A stretch of 64,000 bases of DNA, taken from assembly GCA_951406725.2 (NCBI GenBank), contig OX597824.1:80724001-80788000 (forward strand), read 5' to 3'. This document shows positions 40,958 to 56,699 of this stretch, piece after piece; the stretch's first letter is position 1; each line of letters begins with the position of its first letter. The position numbers and the translations under genes were made by a program. The stretch comes from Octopus vulgaris. Taxonomy: Eukaryota. Below the pieces are notes generated by a model. That model was not told where the DNA came from. It did no database searches and worked only from the letters and a program-made list of their open reading frames with translations.

Positions 40958-41248
40958 GAAAAATTATGATGAGCGACAAATGATAGGTTACTAAAATATA
41001 TTCTGATGTAAAATGATGTGCACAAAGTCATGTACTAAAATATATAAATATATAAATACACTTAAAAATATATCAAAAGTACATTAAAATTATATTAAAG
41101 ATAGTTTTGATTCATTTTTGATGTACATTTAAGTGTATTTATATATTTATATATTTATATATCTTTAATATATGATTTTGTGCACATAATAGTTTTTACA
41201 ACAGAATATATTTTAGTAACATATCTTTTATCTCTCATCGTCATTTTC
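40958..41248. mobile_element. AT-rich foldback element
   Basis: gttactaaaatatattctg..tgtgcacaaa..aaatacactta mirrored as taagtgtattt..tttgtgcaca..cagaatatattttagtaac. Confidence 0.78.
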
Positions 41249-41540
41249 TATATTTTCCTGTGGTTCAAGTATACTCAGCACTTCGATGTGTCCAATGTAT
41301 ACAGAAAATATCATCTCTTAAAAGGGCTTCTTTCAGTTTCCATCTACCAAATCCACTCTCAAGGGTTTGGTCCGCCCGAGTCTATAGTAGAAGACACTGC
41401 ACCTATATATCGTTGCTATTATGCAAAGGTACCGCAAGTTCAAAAGGATGCTTTTTCATAAAACGAAAAAATAGTTTCACCATTCTATATCTTTTTACTT
41501 TGACAACAGTTTCAGCTTAACAATAACACTTTGTCGGAAG

Positions 41541-41790
41541 GCGGCGAGCTGGCAGAATCGTTAGTACGTCGGGCGAAATGCTTCGCGGTATTTCGTTCGC
41601 CGTTACGTTCTGAGTTCAAATTCCGCCGAGGTTGACTTTGCTTTTCATCCTTTCGGGGTCGATAAATTAAGTACCAGTTATACACTGTGGTCGATATAAA
41701 CGACTTAATCCGTTTGTCTGTCTTTGTTTGTCCCCTCTGTGTTTATCCCCTTGTGGGTAGTCAAGAAATAGGCATTTCGTCTGCCGCTAC
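41541..41790 (+). mobile_element. SINE family B, full length
   Basis: ggcggcgagctggcagaatcgttag head with B box gagttcaaattcc. Confidence 0.92.
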
Positions 41791-42523
41791 GCATATACAT
41801 AAATATATGTATGTACACACACAGACACATACACATGCATATCGCAAGAGAAAATTCGTTTGAATATATTAAAAATGTATTCTACGTACTTCGGATACTA
41901 TCTATAAGTGAAACGGAGCGGAACTATGAGTAAACTGCAAACATATTTATATAATACACACACACAACACACAACACACGCACACACACACACACAACAC
42001 ACATACTCACACATACACACACACACAAAAATAAATACATACATACATACATACATACATACAAAACTGCATGTAATTTCATTTCTTCTTTGATAGGTAC
42101 GTTTGCACGAAACACTAAATTATATTGATTTTCATTAATCCCGCTTGTACATTCATGCGCACATGCATACACGCATACACACACACACATACGCTCACTA
42201 CGCACTCGCGCAAGCATACACATACACACATACACGCACACATACAAACACACACACACACGCATACACACACACACACATATATATATATAAACCAACA
42301 ATTATACATGCATACATACCGTACCTATACCCACATATAGGAACACTACTTACGCGCTCATACAGACACACACACACTTATATATACATCAATATATACA
42401 CACACACACGCATATATATATATATATATATATCTAAACTTATACACGCATACACACCATACCTACCTACATACATACATACATACACTACACACACACA
42501 AAACACACACAAAACACACACAA

Positions 42524-42554
<31 letters not shown>

Positions 42555-43017
42555 TATATATATATACAAAAACTTATATACAGTCACACACCACACTTAA
42601 ACACGCACACACTTGCACAACACACACATACACACATACACACATATAAACATCATATAAACTTTATTAAAAAAGATACATTTAGTCCGTTATTATAGTT
42701 GCTTTCCGCCTTTATTAATAATTAATAATATAATAGCAGTTATCAATAATTTTTCAGTGTGGTTCTTATTGATGTTGTATTTATTTTTATCAGTTTTATT
42801 AATGTTCAATGTTCCATTTATAATTTTGTGCGAAATAAAAAGATATGAAATATTTTATAAAACTAGGAAAGGAAAAAAATATCGGAAATAATCGAAGAAA
42901 AATAATAATAAAAAAGAAACACACAAAAAAAAACAAAACAAACAAAAAAATAAATGTTCAAAGTGATTTTACTCTGAAACGCCAAAATATAGATACGAAT
43001 ATAATATAAAGTTATAT

Positions 43018-43054
<37 letters not shown>

Positions 43055-43384
43055 ATATAAAGTTATATATATATACATACAACCATACATACATACATAC
43101 ATACATATACACACACACAAACACACGTACACACACGCATACACACACACACATATATATAAAGAGGTGTTAATTTTTTGATAATTGCACCTAGTCATTT
43201 TTTTCGTACTGTGCATTTTGATTTAAATTGGAGCGTTTCACCGTGGTCTTACTATGAAACATTAATATGTATATACATTCATACATATATAAATACATAC
43301 ATACATATATGTGCGTGTGTGTATGTGTATGTGTTTGTGTAAGGGTGTGTATATGTAAATCCACACACATATATAACTAAATGC

Positions 43385-43422
<38 letters not shown>

Positions 43423-43450
43423 ATATGTATATAGAAAGTGAGATATATGC

Positions 43451-43496
<46 letters not shown>

Positions 43497-43675
43497 GTGT
43501 AAATGCACACTCACACGCACACACATACACAAATACACACACATATGTATATATAAATAAATTCATATATATGTATACATGTATATAGAAAGTGAGATAG
43601 AGACTAAGATAGAGATAGATGCCTATGTCTACACACAGACACACACACACACATACACACACACACATACACACA

Positions 43676-43753
<78 letters not shown>

Positions 43754-44628
43754 CACTCACATATTTTCTTATTTAAAAGCCATATAATTTTTGATAAAAT
43801 CGTCACTCAGTTTGGTTCTCGCTGTTGTTAAATCAGTGTGTGTGAGTGTTGCATCAACTTCTTAAAAAACATTTTTCGCTCATCTACATAATTTGGGTTC
43901 CTCGCTTCTATAGGATTTGACTTTTGCCAAGTAAGATCCAACTGGTCGAAAAGTTTTCTAATTTCGACAGCTGTATCATTAATGTTGACTAGATCTTGGA
44001 CTCTGCATTTCATTCTACAGTCGAGTATTATAATATCATATATAACATATAAACTTCTTACATACTGAATAACTAGTAACTAACCTTAACATACTCACTA
44101 TCAAATATCTTATATTCTGGTCGCGGAGAATTATCACATATTAAGTTATTTCTAGTAGTACTGATACCCCTGTTTAATCAATAATAGCTAAGGTAATGTA
44201 TGTAAAAGGAGGAAATTGTTTAACAAATACGAATACAGTTGAACCTCACATATGCAATATAATGATATGAAAAGTTTCCAGCAGCTAATTTTATTGTAGC
44301 ATATACTGAACAGAAATACCTGTTTGAACGTGTTTAATGTCTACAAGCAACAAGTAGAGCATACAGCACAAAAAAAGATCAGTTATTAGAAATTTTGGGG
44401 AAGATAATTATATATATATATATATATCAAAAGGATGTGCTATAATACTATTGCACAGCCATACCAACAATCCAACACACCTCCCTCATCAGCTGGCCCA
44501 CGGATATCGTTATGGTTTCGACACCTAGGCACCGTTCAATCCAGCGGTGTCAACAGCACTTGTTATTTGGGAACAAGCATACCAAAGAAGGCACAACTTT
44601 CAAACACATTTACCTTATGTACAACAGT

Positions 44629-44686
<58 letters not shown>

Positions 44687-44792
44687 TCATGTATGTATGC
44701 TATATTTCTATAAATATATTTATGTGCATCTCCCTTCCTCTCTCGCTTTCTCTCTCTCTCCATCTCTGTATATATATATATATATATATATA

Positions 44793-45520
44793 CAGGGTGA
44801 TTGGAAAGTAACTCCCTATTTTAAAATGCTTATAATTTATTTATTAACTATAATTCTTTTCTCAAATTTGTTGTGTATGTTCTTTAAGGTATGGGAATTG
44901 ATTCCATGTTGTTTCTTTTTCAGATTGATTATTTTGTTTGAAATTTATAAGCCCTACAAACATGGCTGGATGTTTTACTGTGCAGGAGCGTACCCAGCTA
45001 GCTGCACATTACGAAGTTTAGAGATCAGTTGTTCAAGTGCAAAGATGGTGGAGGACTATTAGAGGAAGACATGCTCAAGTTGATGCAAAGATAATCAAGA
45101 ATTGCCATGCAAAATTCATGACTACAGGATTTGTAGCTGATACTTGAAGTGGTTGTCCTTCCAATCCATCAAGGTCCGCATGACTGGCTGGCCAGAAGCC
45201 CTGATTAAACACCCTGCAACTGTTTTCTTTGGGGTTGGTTAAAGGAGGAAGTCTTCTCTACCAAACCAATGGCTTTGGAAGAACTTGAAGGGTGAATACG
45301 AGAAGTTATGTCTTGCATTCCACAAGACTTCCTGATGAAATCAGTTGATGTGGTTCCCAGGCAGCTTCAGAAGCTGGTGGTAAATGCTGATGCCTATATC
45401 AAATTTTAAATAAAATTCCATGCTATATACTTTCTTTACATATTCGTTTTTTCTAAAAATTATAGTTAATAAATACATTATAAGTATTTTAAAATAGGGA
45501 GTTACTTTTCAATCACCCTG
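44793..45520 (+). mobile_element. Internally deleted Tc1/mariner-superfamily element
   Basis: ~40-bp TIRs cagggtgattggaaagtaactccctattttaaaat, TA flanks; remnant WLARSPD*TPCNCFLWGWLKEEVF..P..LEELE. Confidence 0.9.
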
Positions 45521-46367
45521 TATATATATATAATTAAATATACATATTAAGTACAGAACATCACCAGCGAGTGAAAAATACGTAAACACACAGCGATAAG
45601 TACAGGACAAAATACCAGAGGAAGTCTAACTTCTCCTCAGTTGTCGACTGTTTGTTACTACCTGTTTCGTGCTTTCAACGACAAGACAGGAAAACCAGCA
45701 TCCAGAAATCAACAGAAACAGCAGCATCCAGAAATCTTAACAATATAAAATTTATGGAGGGTTAAGGCTTCGATCGAACAAACGACACCAGAGTGGACGT
45801 ACAGCGTAAACAATCGACGAAGACAACCATTAAAGGCCGTTAGGCCAAGACGAATTGTAATGGATAACACCTGGGAGAAATTTTGAAACGATATAGAATG
45901 AATACAGAAGAGGTAAATTAGTAGGAGATACATACATATATATATATATGCATATATATATATACATATATATATACATATTTCTCGATAAATTATGAGC
46001 GCCAGGCGATATACCAGAATTCCCTAGTTTTGTCGGGACGTTCGGAGTCTGCGCAGTGATATGATTAGTTAGGGAGAGTAAATCATTAGACGCACATGCC
46101 TCTAGTGAGTTAGGATCCCAGAAAAACAGGGTCTCACTGAAGAATTCTCCCTGAGCAAATAAATTATCTTTATTGCTGAAAAGAAAGAAACTGCAGTCTG
46201 AGAATTACCGGTTTAGTAAATGTTTTTATCTTCATTTCACTTAATTTATCAAGCTTCTGTATTCCTAGCACATATTTCGTCTTAATGTACTGATATATGA
46301 AAAATATATGGCTTGTGTTAGTAATACCAGCGATTATAATTATTTTTATTTTATCGCAATTTGATTT

Positions 46368-46435
<68 letters not shown>

Positions 46436-46574
46436 GTACATATGTATATATATATATATATATGTAGGTCTGGGCGTGTGAGTGAGAGGCACTATGTGGA
46501 TATATTCGTACGTGATGTCCTGTACCCATATATGCATGTATATATACATATAGATGTAGGTATGTACATATATG

Positions 46575-46620
<46 letters not shown>

Positions 46621-47507
46621 TATATTTATATATTATTTATATTATATATATGTATGTATAATTGTACGTATATTTCGACACTGTCACACATATGCGCACC
46701 AATACGCAGACCCTCTAACACACACACACAAACACACACAGGCACACGCACACACACACTGATACACAGACACACGGAGTCATGCAGATACACAAACATA
46801 AATGTCACACTAAGTTACATTTTCGCACGCAAGCATTCACACACATACATTCACAGGTGCGCGCACACACACACATACACACACACTCAAGCACACGCAT
46901 ACACGCACACACAAACATAAATTACTCTCTTGCACGAAAGCATTTAGACACACACACACAGAGGTACACTCACACGCACACAGAGGTGCGCACACACACA
47001 TACACACATACACAGAACCACATACACACAAACGTAAATGATACACGGAGTTACACTCTTGCACGCAAACATTCACACACAAACACACACACGCAGACAA
47101 ACACACATATTTACTCCTACATGCACCAACAAATTCATCCAGGCACACACACACACACACACACATATACACTGACACAGTAGCTTACATTCAAAGACAC
47201 ACAGACACACACACAGACACACACACACACACACAAACACACACGCACACACAAACACACACACACACAAGCACTACTACATATTTGGTCATATATACAC
47301 ATAGATACTCTTTCGCGAACACACATATACAAAGAATAACGACGTATCAAAAAATAAAAGGATAAAAGAATATATATATACACACACATACACATTCAGT
47401 GTCACACACACACATACAAACACACACTCACACACACTCGCATTCACGGCCATAAACAAGCATACATACACAGACCTTTCTTAAACTTTCATTGAAACCA
47501 AACAAAC

Positions 47508-47576
47508 ATGGCCTACGTAGTCGAAGAGGCCGTCGTCGACGGCAAAGTAGACTACGACAGTTGGCTGGATGTCATG
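47508..47576 (+). CDS. Candidate first coding exon, MAYVVEEAVVDGKVDYDSWLDVM; product unknown
   Basis: Start context aaacATGG, GC-richer non-repetitive codons, phase-0 donor ATG|GTCAGT; no downstream exon identified with confidence. Confidence 0.5.
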
Positions 47577-48112
47577 GTCAGTATTAGTTAATATGGCGAT
47601 ATATCATGATGATCGATAGACAATGTCTTCTATGGTTATATCAGATAAGCTGTGACAGTGTTAATACGATTCTTGGGCCGCGGGCAGTGGGAGGGAGGGA
47701 GGCATAAACGCAATGCGAAAAGCCAAAAGCCAAAGGCAAACAAAGCTAGGATAGAAGCGAGAGGGAGGAAAGCAAGCCGTCCAAGACAAGACAACTAAAT
47801 TACGAGACTACGAACATGTAACAAGAAAATGAAAGAATTCAACAAGAGAAAGGAACAACAGCAACAGCAACAGCAACAACAAGAACAATAACAACAACAA
47901 TAATAATAATAATGATTTTGATAAGGTCTCCATCTGTTGTTGGAGTTTGAAATGGCTTTCTATCGTAACTCTTGAGAGTATATCTTAATGACTCAAGGGA
48001 GCTAATACGGTGGACGAAATGTTCGTTATTTATTCATACAGGCCTCATTCGCGCGCACACATGCACACAAGCAATCACACACACATACACACACACACAC
48101 ACACACACCGAC

Positions 48113-48390
48113 ATGTAGTCGGTCGGAGGATCGCAGTTTCGATTCCCAGACCGGGCGTTGTGTGTGTTTATTGAGCGAAAAAAACCCAAAAGCTCCACGA
48201 GGCTCCGGCAGGGGGTGGTGGCGATCCCTGTTGTACTCTTTTGCCACAAATTTCTCTCACTCTCTCTTCCTGTTTCTTGAGTATCGCTGCGATGGACTGG
48301 CGTCCCGTCCTGTTGCGGGGAACACATACGTCACAGAAACCAGGAGACCGGGCCCATGAGCCTAGCTAGGCTTGAAAAGAGCGACGTTTA
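48113..48390 (+). mobile_element. SINE family C, 5'-truncated, tail type 2-like
   Basis: ggatcgcagtttcgattcccagaccgggcg..gatggactggcgtcccgtcc.. Confidence 0.85.
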
Positions 48391-48393
48391 TCG

Positions 48394-48471
<78 letters not shown>

Positions 48472-48711
48472 AGATAGGGGTTGAAAATTCAACCCACCAT
48501 GGGATAACATATATCCAATATACTGCTATATTTTGTATAATGCCTTTACTAATATGTAATGGTGTAATAAAGTATTGATTGGGTATCATCTGATAGTTGA
48601 TGTTTTATTGATTTAAGTATGTTTCTCCATTTTCTAATTTTGTAGTATATATATATATATATATATACATATACATTATATATTTATATCTATGTCTGTA
48701 TGTGTGACTCA

Positions 48712-48744
<33 letters not shown>

Positions 48745-48832
48745 TGCATGTATATGAGTGTATATGTGTGTATATATGCCGATTGAAAAGCAATGATACA
48801 GGCCATGCACCAGCATGTCCACTGCTTTTATG

Positions 48833-50063
<1,231 letters not shown>

Positions 50064-50131
50064 CATCATCATCATCATCATCATCACCAACATCATCATC
50101 ATCATCATCATCATCATCATAAAAAATTATG

Positions 50132-50176
<45 letters not shown>

Positions 50177-50177
50177 G

Positions 50178-50250
<73 letters not shown>

Positions 50251-50675
50251 ATATATTCAAGCGTAAGTAAATATTTTTCTTTATGACAAAAGCATAAAAT
50301 ATCCTGGACCAATTAGATTTCATTTTTCTAAAATTTTGACACTTACTACATCAGTTATACTACGTAAGCTGCAAAAATTACTCGTAATACAAAATACTTC
50401 AATTCCAAAATTCAAGCATTTTCCGATGTGATAGAGATCCGATTTCAGAACTACATTAGGTATTGAAGTTATATTTCCTATAAAGTTCTCTACGGAAAAA
50501 TACTTAATATTTGAAAAACGATCCGTGGCAACAGCATTAGCATGGCATAACGATGCAATGAAATATAATCGTATTGACACGCGATAACAGCGTTTGTATA
50601 TGTATTTAAAATCTGTATATCTGAGAGAGAAATATATTTAGTGAACCAAAGATTATTAAATATACATGTATAATA

Positions 50676-50820
50676 GGCGTGGCCGTGTGGTTAAGAAGCT
50701 CCCTTTGCAACCGAGTGGCTTTGCGTTCAGTCACTTTTTTGAGACATTTGGGGCAAATCTCTTCTGCTATAGGCCCGGGCAACCTAATAACTCACGTGTG
50801 AATTTGATAAACGGGAAGTG
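50676..50820 (+). mobile_element. SINE family A, 5' half, degenerate
   Basis: ggcgtggccgtgtggttaagaagct..gttcagtc..ggcaaatctcttctgctata. Confidence 0.7.
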
Positions 50821-50824
50821 AAAA

Positions 50825-50920
50825 AGTCTTTAACGTTTCGCGCCTACGCTCTTCCACAGAAAGGAACAGAGAAAGAAACAAGGAGAGAAAATAAAGAATG
50901 TATAGTGTCTAGTGATCTGC
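50825..50920 (-). mobile_element. Short repeat family H2 with a hammerhead-like motif at 50828-50863
   Basis: Minus strand CTTT-CTGTGGA-A-GAGC-GTAG-GCGC-GAAA-CG-TT-AAAG; homologous to 10817-10952. Confidence 0.6.
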
Positions 50921-51084
50921 GACAGGCTTCTTTCAGTTTCCGTCTACCAAATCTACTCACAAGGCTTTGGTCGGCCCGAGATTATAGTAGAACTCACTTG
51001 CTCAAGGTGCCCCGCAGTGGAACTGAACCCGGAACCATATGATTGGTAAACCAACCAATTTACCACATAGCTACTCCAACGCCT
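50921..51084 (-). mobile_element. SINE family A, 5' half
   Basis: ggcttctttcagtttccgtctaccaaat..gaacccggaacca. Confidence 0.85.
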
Positions 51085-51320
51085 GTCGTTGGAAAAGTTC
51101 ATAGGCTGTCTGCGAAGGTGTGATGCTGTAATTTTGAAACCTGTTATGCTTTAATTTCAGCTCTTCTTATCAATATCTGTATTGTTTCTTCCCAGGTAAA
51201 CTGACATCTAACTGTTCGACTTCAGGAACAACTCTTCGCGATTTCTCTTGGAAATGACGGCTGGACGTTCTGCAGCCGTCACGAGAAAGGAAAAGCACAG
51301 AAATTTTTATTTTGGACATT

Positions 51321-51725
51321 ACATACATGCATACATACATACATACATAAATACATACATGCATGCATGCATGCATGCATACATACATACATGCATACAT
51401 ACATACGTACATACATACATACATACAAACATGCATGCATACATACATATATGCATACATACATACATATATACATACATGCATGCATACATACATACAT
51501 ACATGCATACATACATACATGCATGCATGCATACATACATACATGCATACATACATGCATACGTACATACATACATACAAACATGCATGCATACATACAT
51601 ACATGCATACTTACATACATACATACATACATATATACATACATACATACATACATACATACATGCATACATACATATATACATATATGCATGCATGCAT
51701 ACATACATACATACATGCATGCATA

Positions 51726-51759
<34 letters not shown>

Positions 51760-51893
51760 CATACATGCATGCATGAATACATACATACATACATACATAC
51801 ATACATACATTCATATATACATACATGCATGCATACATACATACATGCATGCATACATACATACATACATATATACATATATACATACATACA
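51321..51893. repeat. (CATA/CATG)n microsatellite
   Basis: ~570-bp tetranucleotide mosaic. Confidence 0.95.
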
Positions 51894-52635
51894 GACAGAG
51901 AGTCATGCACACACACACACATATTGGTAATGATAACAATGTCAGTCTGAAGAAATGAAAGAATTGTTCCTTTCTATATTTAATTACAGGTACAGAAAAA
52001 TGTTCAAATTTCCAGAGAAATAAAATGAAACGGAATAAAATAAAATAAAATAAAATAAAACAAGCAAAGGAAAGTAAGGCAGATTATCTCTGTTATTACG
52101 CTTAAGAATTTTACGTCTAGCTCTGAAGAACGCTTGAGACCCGCGCCTCTATCTGCCTCTTTGGCTTTACATCTCTTCATCTCCATCTTTCTGTCTGTCT
52201 CTGTCCGTCTCTGATCCACATACGTGTGTGTACTTGCGTGTGATAACTAACAGCTCCCCAGACATTACACTATACCTTGTATAATGCTGCTTGTTAACCA
52301 GATAGATAACAAGAAACTATAAACATGTTAACCAAGGTAGCAATAAAACTACTTACAGACCCGAGTTTTTTTTATTAACATTGAATCCAGTGAAACTTTA
52401 GACAGAAAACATTAAACATTTCCATTAGATATTTCTTTTTCTATTTAGCTTTCTTTATAATTTATAACTTAATGGTCTTTTTATTCTTATTATTTGTCCA
52501 AGAATACATTTTGTTTCAATCTGCTGTTATCTTCGTGTAAAAACACACGCAGACATGCGCAAGCACGCTCATACATACCCGCACGTATGTTGTATATATG
52601 TATACATGCGCATAAATGTATGTATGTATCTATCT

Positions 52636-52677
<42 letters not shown>

Positions 52678-52769
52678 CTCTACACTTCACACTGTCTCAA
52701 TGGCTCTATTATTTTGTATTTCTCTAGTTGAATATTTTTGCCAGCTGCATTTCGCTCACACTACACGCT

Positions 52770-52807
<38 letters not shown>

Positions 52808-52810
52808 GAC

Positions 52811-52844
<34 letters not shown>

Positions 52845-52955
52845 GCGCACACACACATACACACACAAATACATACATACATATATATGTACGTAAGTAC
52901 CTTTAGATACATACATATATATATGTACACACGTACATTTGTACATACACACACA

Positions 52956-52999
<44 letters not shown>

Positions 53000-53072
53000 A
53001 TATATAAATATGAATAAATATACAGTATGTATATATATATATACATACAGACAGACGCACACACACACATAT

Positions 53073-53124
<52 letters not shown>

Positions 53125-53485
53125 ATATATATATACGTCTTGTGTGCTCCTGTGTCGAACCGAGTGTTCCTGTCGTAACTACCACAATATTATGCAACAT
53201 TTATATTACACTACCCAAATAAACAATAATGCACCTCTTACGTAAGATGCCAAATCCGGTTTATTTTTCTTTTACTTGATGTGGCAGACTTTTATTTAAA
53301 CAAATTCTATCAAAAAGATAATATCAAAGTAATTACCTTTCTGACAAGCGACATGGTGGCTGGTTCCTTTGAGCAGCTGACAAAATGCTCAGCAGTGTTT
53401 TGTTACACCACTTTACGTTTTGAGTTCGAACCACGCTGTTGTCAGCCTTGATATTCTTTCTCGCGGTGTTGATAAATAATATACC

Positions 53486-53716
53486 TATTTCTTTATTACC
53501 CACAAGGGGCTAAACACAGAGGGGACAAACAAGGACAGACATAGGTATTAAGTCGATTACATCGACCCCAGTGCGTAACCGGTACTTAATTTATCGACCC
53601 CGAAAGGATGAAAGGCAAAGTCGACCTCGGCGGAATTTGAACTCAGAACGTAACGGCAGCCGAAATACCGCTAAGCATTTCGCCCGACGTGCTAACGATT
53701 CTGCTAGCTCGCCGCC
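53486..53716 (-). mobile_element. SINE family B inserted in an older family B-like copy
   Basis: TSD ttgataaataatatacc at 53469-53485 and 53717-53733. Confidence 0.92.
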
Positions 53717-53751
53717 TTGATAAATAATATACCAACAGGTGAAGGCACGAG

Positions 53752-54047
53752 GGAGGCACATGGCCTAGTGGTTAGAGCAGCGGACTCGCTGTCGAGGGAT
53801 CGCGGGTTCGAATCTCAGATCGGGCGATGTGTGTGTGTATGAGCGAAACACCTAAGCTCCACGCGGCTCCGGCAGAAGGTAATGGCGAACTTCTGCTGAC
53901 TCTTTCGCCACAACTTTCTCTCACTCTTTCCTCCACCATCTTGCAGCTCACCTGCGACGAACAGGCGTCCCGTGCAGGTCGGGAACCTATGCGCCATGGA
54001 AACCGGGAAACCGGCCCTTATGAGCCAGGCGTGGCTCGAGAAGGAAG
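53752..54047 (+). mobile_element. SINE family C, tail type 2
   Basis: A box TGGCCTAGTGG, B box GGTTCGAATC; highly similar to 24781-25084. Confidence 0.92.
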
Positions 54048-54057
54048 GATGAAGTCA

Positions 54058-54552
54058 CGTGGCGTAGTGATTAGGGGTATTCGGCTCATGGTTTTAAGGT
54101 CCATTTCTTTATTACCCACAAGGCGCTACACACAGAGAGGACAAACAAGGGCAGACAAAGGGATTAAGTCGATTACATCGACCCCAGTGCGTAACTGGTA
54201 CTTAATTTATCGACCCCGAAAGGATGAAAGGCAAAGTCGACCTCGGCGGAATTTGAACTCTGAACGTAACGGCAGACGAAATACAGCTACGCATTTCGCC
54301 CGGCGTGCTAACGGTTCTGCCAGCTCGCCGCCTTATTATGGTTTTAAGGTCGTGATTTTGAATCCCGGGGGCGTGTCATGTTCCTTTGAGCCAGATACTT
54401 TAATTCACGTTGCTCCCGTCAATTTAGCGGACAAAATGGAGTTGCAGTAATAAACCAAAGTGCCAGCGTTGTCCACATTCTGTGTCATACTGAATGTCCT
54501 TCGAAACTACGTTAAGGGTACGCGTGTCTGTGGATTGCTCAGCCACTTGCAA
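54058..54552 (+). mobile_element. tRNA-derived SINE with type-1 tail, interrupted by a family B copy
   Basis: gtggcgtagtgattagg head; tail ctacgttaagggtacgcgtgtctgtgga.tgctcagccacttgca. Confidence 0.8.
54102..54337 (-). mobile_element. SINE family B
   Basis: TSD atggttttaaggtc at 54088-54101 and 54338-54351. Confidence 0.92.
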
Positions 54553-55017
54553 GATAGTTTCACAAGCGGGTAAAACACGCTATGTCTGCTAGTGACAGCT
54601 GATGAAGGGGATTTTCCTTGTGTAGCATGTCCTGTACCTCGTTTTTCTGCTGTACATAATGTTTTTCCCGTTTTTGTTTTCGTCCTGTTCCACGTCTCTG
54701 TCGTTCTGTTGTAACAAAATGGCTTTTCCGTTTTCATTTCTGTTGATTTTTACGTCTTTTTGTGGTTTCCTGTACGTATATATATTTATACATGCATGTA
54801 TATATACATGTAGATGTCGGTACGTACATATATGTTTGTATGTATGCATATATTTTATTTATTATACATACATATATATACATACATAAGAAAAACTGAA
54901 GGACTGCTGCAGTGTGTGAATCTGAGAGGGGAATATGTTGAAATCATAATTAACTGATCCTGCTATATTTTCTTTTACCCAAGGCCAAGAACATTTCAGC
55001 ACCCAACTCGTACATAT

Positions 55018-55054
<37 letters not shown>

Positions 55055-55174
55055 CGCACACACACATGCATACACACACATGCAAGCATATACATACAGA
55101 CAAACACACACAAACACATACACACACACACACATAAATACATACACACACACACAACTCACACATGTATATTC

Positions 55175-55330
55175 GACGGGTTTTTTTCAGTTTCCGTCTA
55201 TAAAGTCCATTCATAAGGATTTGATCGGCTCGAGTATATAGTAGAAGAAATTTGCTCAAGGTGCCACACAGTGGGACTGAACCCTGAACCATGCATTTGG
55301 AAAGCAAACTTCTGAACATACAGCCACACA
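55175..55330 (-). mobile_element. SINE family A, 5' half
   Basis: ttcagtttccgtcta..caaggtgccacacagtgggactgaaccc. Confidence 0.8.
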
Positions 55331-55863
55331 TGAGTTTTAAACTGTTGGGTATAATCTGCAGGACATGGTTCTTTTACTTTTAGGAACTGACCCACCCCTA
55401 AAAAATTAATTACCTCGGTGATAACTGCTTAGTATCCTTTACAATTAAAAAACCAGTATTACAGTTTCACTTCCTGGTCTCTTATCTCGTCCTTAGCCTA
55501 GACCCTAGAGCGACCCTGAACAAACAGATCTACGATCAAAGACAATCCAACCGTGTGCAACCCATTTCATTTTTCCAGCTAAGATTTTCTAGGATAGCAC
55601 CATAAAAAGGAACCTTTCATACATAACTGCTCAAATGGTCGGATATGATTTGAAGGGTTATACGGTTGTTGCCCTTAACTACCATAACTATAAAGGCTCT
55701 CTCGCTGGGTCATCACGGCCTAAACCTTTTTTGCGCAGGACATATCAAACTCATGTCAGTGACCTAGCGTCTGATGATCTTTCTGCATCGTTTGACTAAC
55801 ACAGCGTTTGTGAACTGAGCTGATGACTCATCGATAGTAACTGAATTTATACATCACTTTGTA

Positions 55864-55946
<83 letters not shown>

Positions 55947-56059
55947 ATATATATATATATATATATACATGCGTATGTATGCCTATAGATATGTGTGTGT
56001 GTGTATGTGCGTGGATGTGTGGATATATGTGGATTTATTCGCACATATATGCATATCTA

Positions 56060-56232
56060 TAGGTTTGGCTGTGTGATAAGAAATTTGAATCCCCTCCACT
56101 TGGTTGGGAGTTCAGTTCCACTGCATGGTACCTTGGGCAAATGCCTTCTACTATAGCCTTGGGCCGACCAAAGTCTTGTGATTGGATTTGGTAGACAGAA
56201 ACTGAAAACTGAAAGAAACGCGTTGTGTACAT

Positions 56233-56301
<69 letters not shown>

Positions 56302-56500
56302 CACACACATATGTGTGTGTGTGTGTGTGCGTGTTTCTGTGAGTGTTTTCATCTTTGTTTCCGCCATTTCTTGACAACCGGTGTTGGTGTGTTTACGACC
56401 CTGTAAAATTTTCGGTTCGGCAAACGAGACCGCTGTATTAAATATATGGTTAAAAAATATATAATTACTAGCTTCCATTCGTTCGACTAAAATACTTCAA
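56060..56500 (+). mobile_element. SINE family A, degenerate
   Basis: tggctgtgtgataag..ccttgggcaaatg..cttgacaaccggtgttggtgtgtttacg. Confidence 0.8.
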
Positions 56501-56699
56501 ATAAAAGAAAAATATCTACCTCTTTGTCTGAAGATTATAGTCAAAGTGCCGCGTCATGGAACAGAACCCGAAATCAAGTGGTTACAAAGCAAGCCCCCTT
56601 AACCACACGCCCAAACCTGTGCCCATCAATATAATAATTCTGGAGTTGTATTTGTTTTGAGAGGTTGCGTTGAATGTAAAATTATGACATCAGATAAGT

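Noticed and set aside
53752-53825. Apparent tRNA-Arg gene (and similar heads elsewhere)
   Set aside because: It is the head of a multi-copy SINE continuing into body and tail, with no proper acceptor stem or terminator
53827-54450. 207-aa ORF (and the 182-aa ORF at 24858-25406)
   Set aside because: Reads through adjacent SINEs or antisense LINE sequence
54595-54650. CTGATGA followed by a hairpin (similar CTGAGGA at ~45640, minus strand)
   Set aside because: No GAAA or stem III in the required position, so not called a hammerhead
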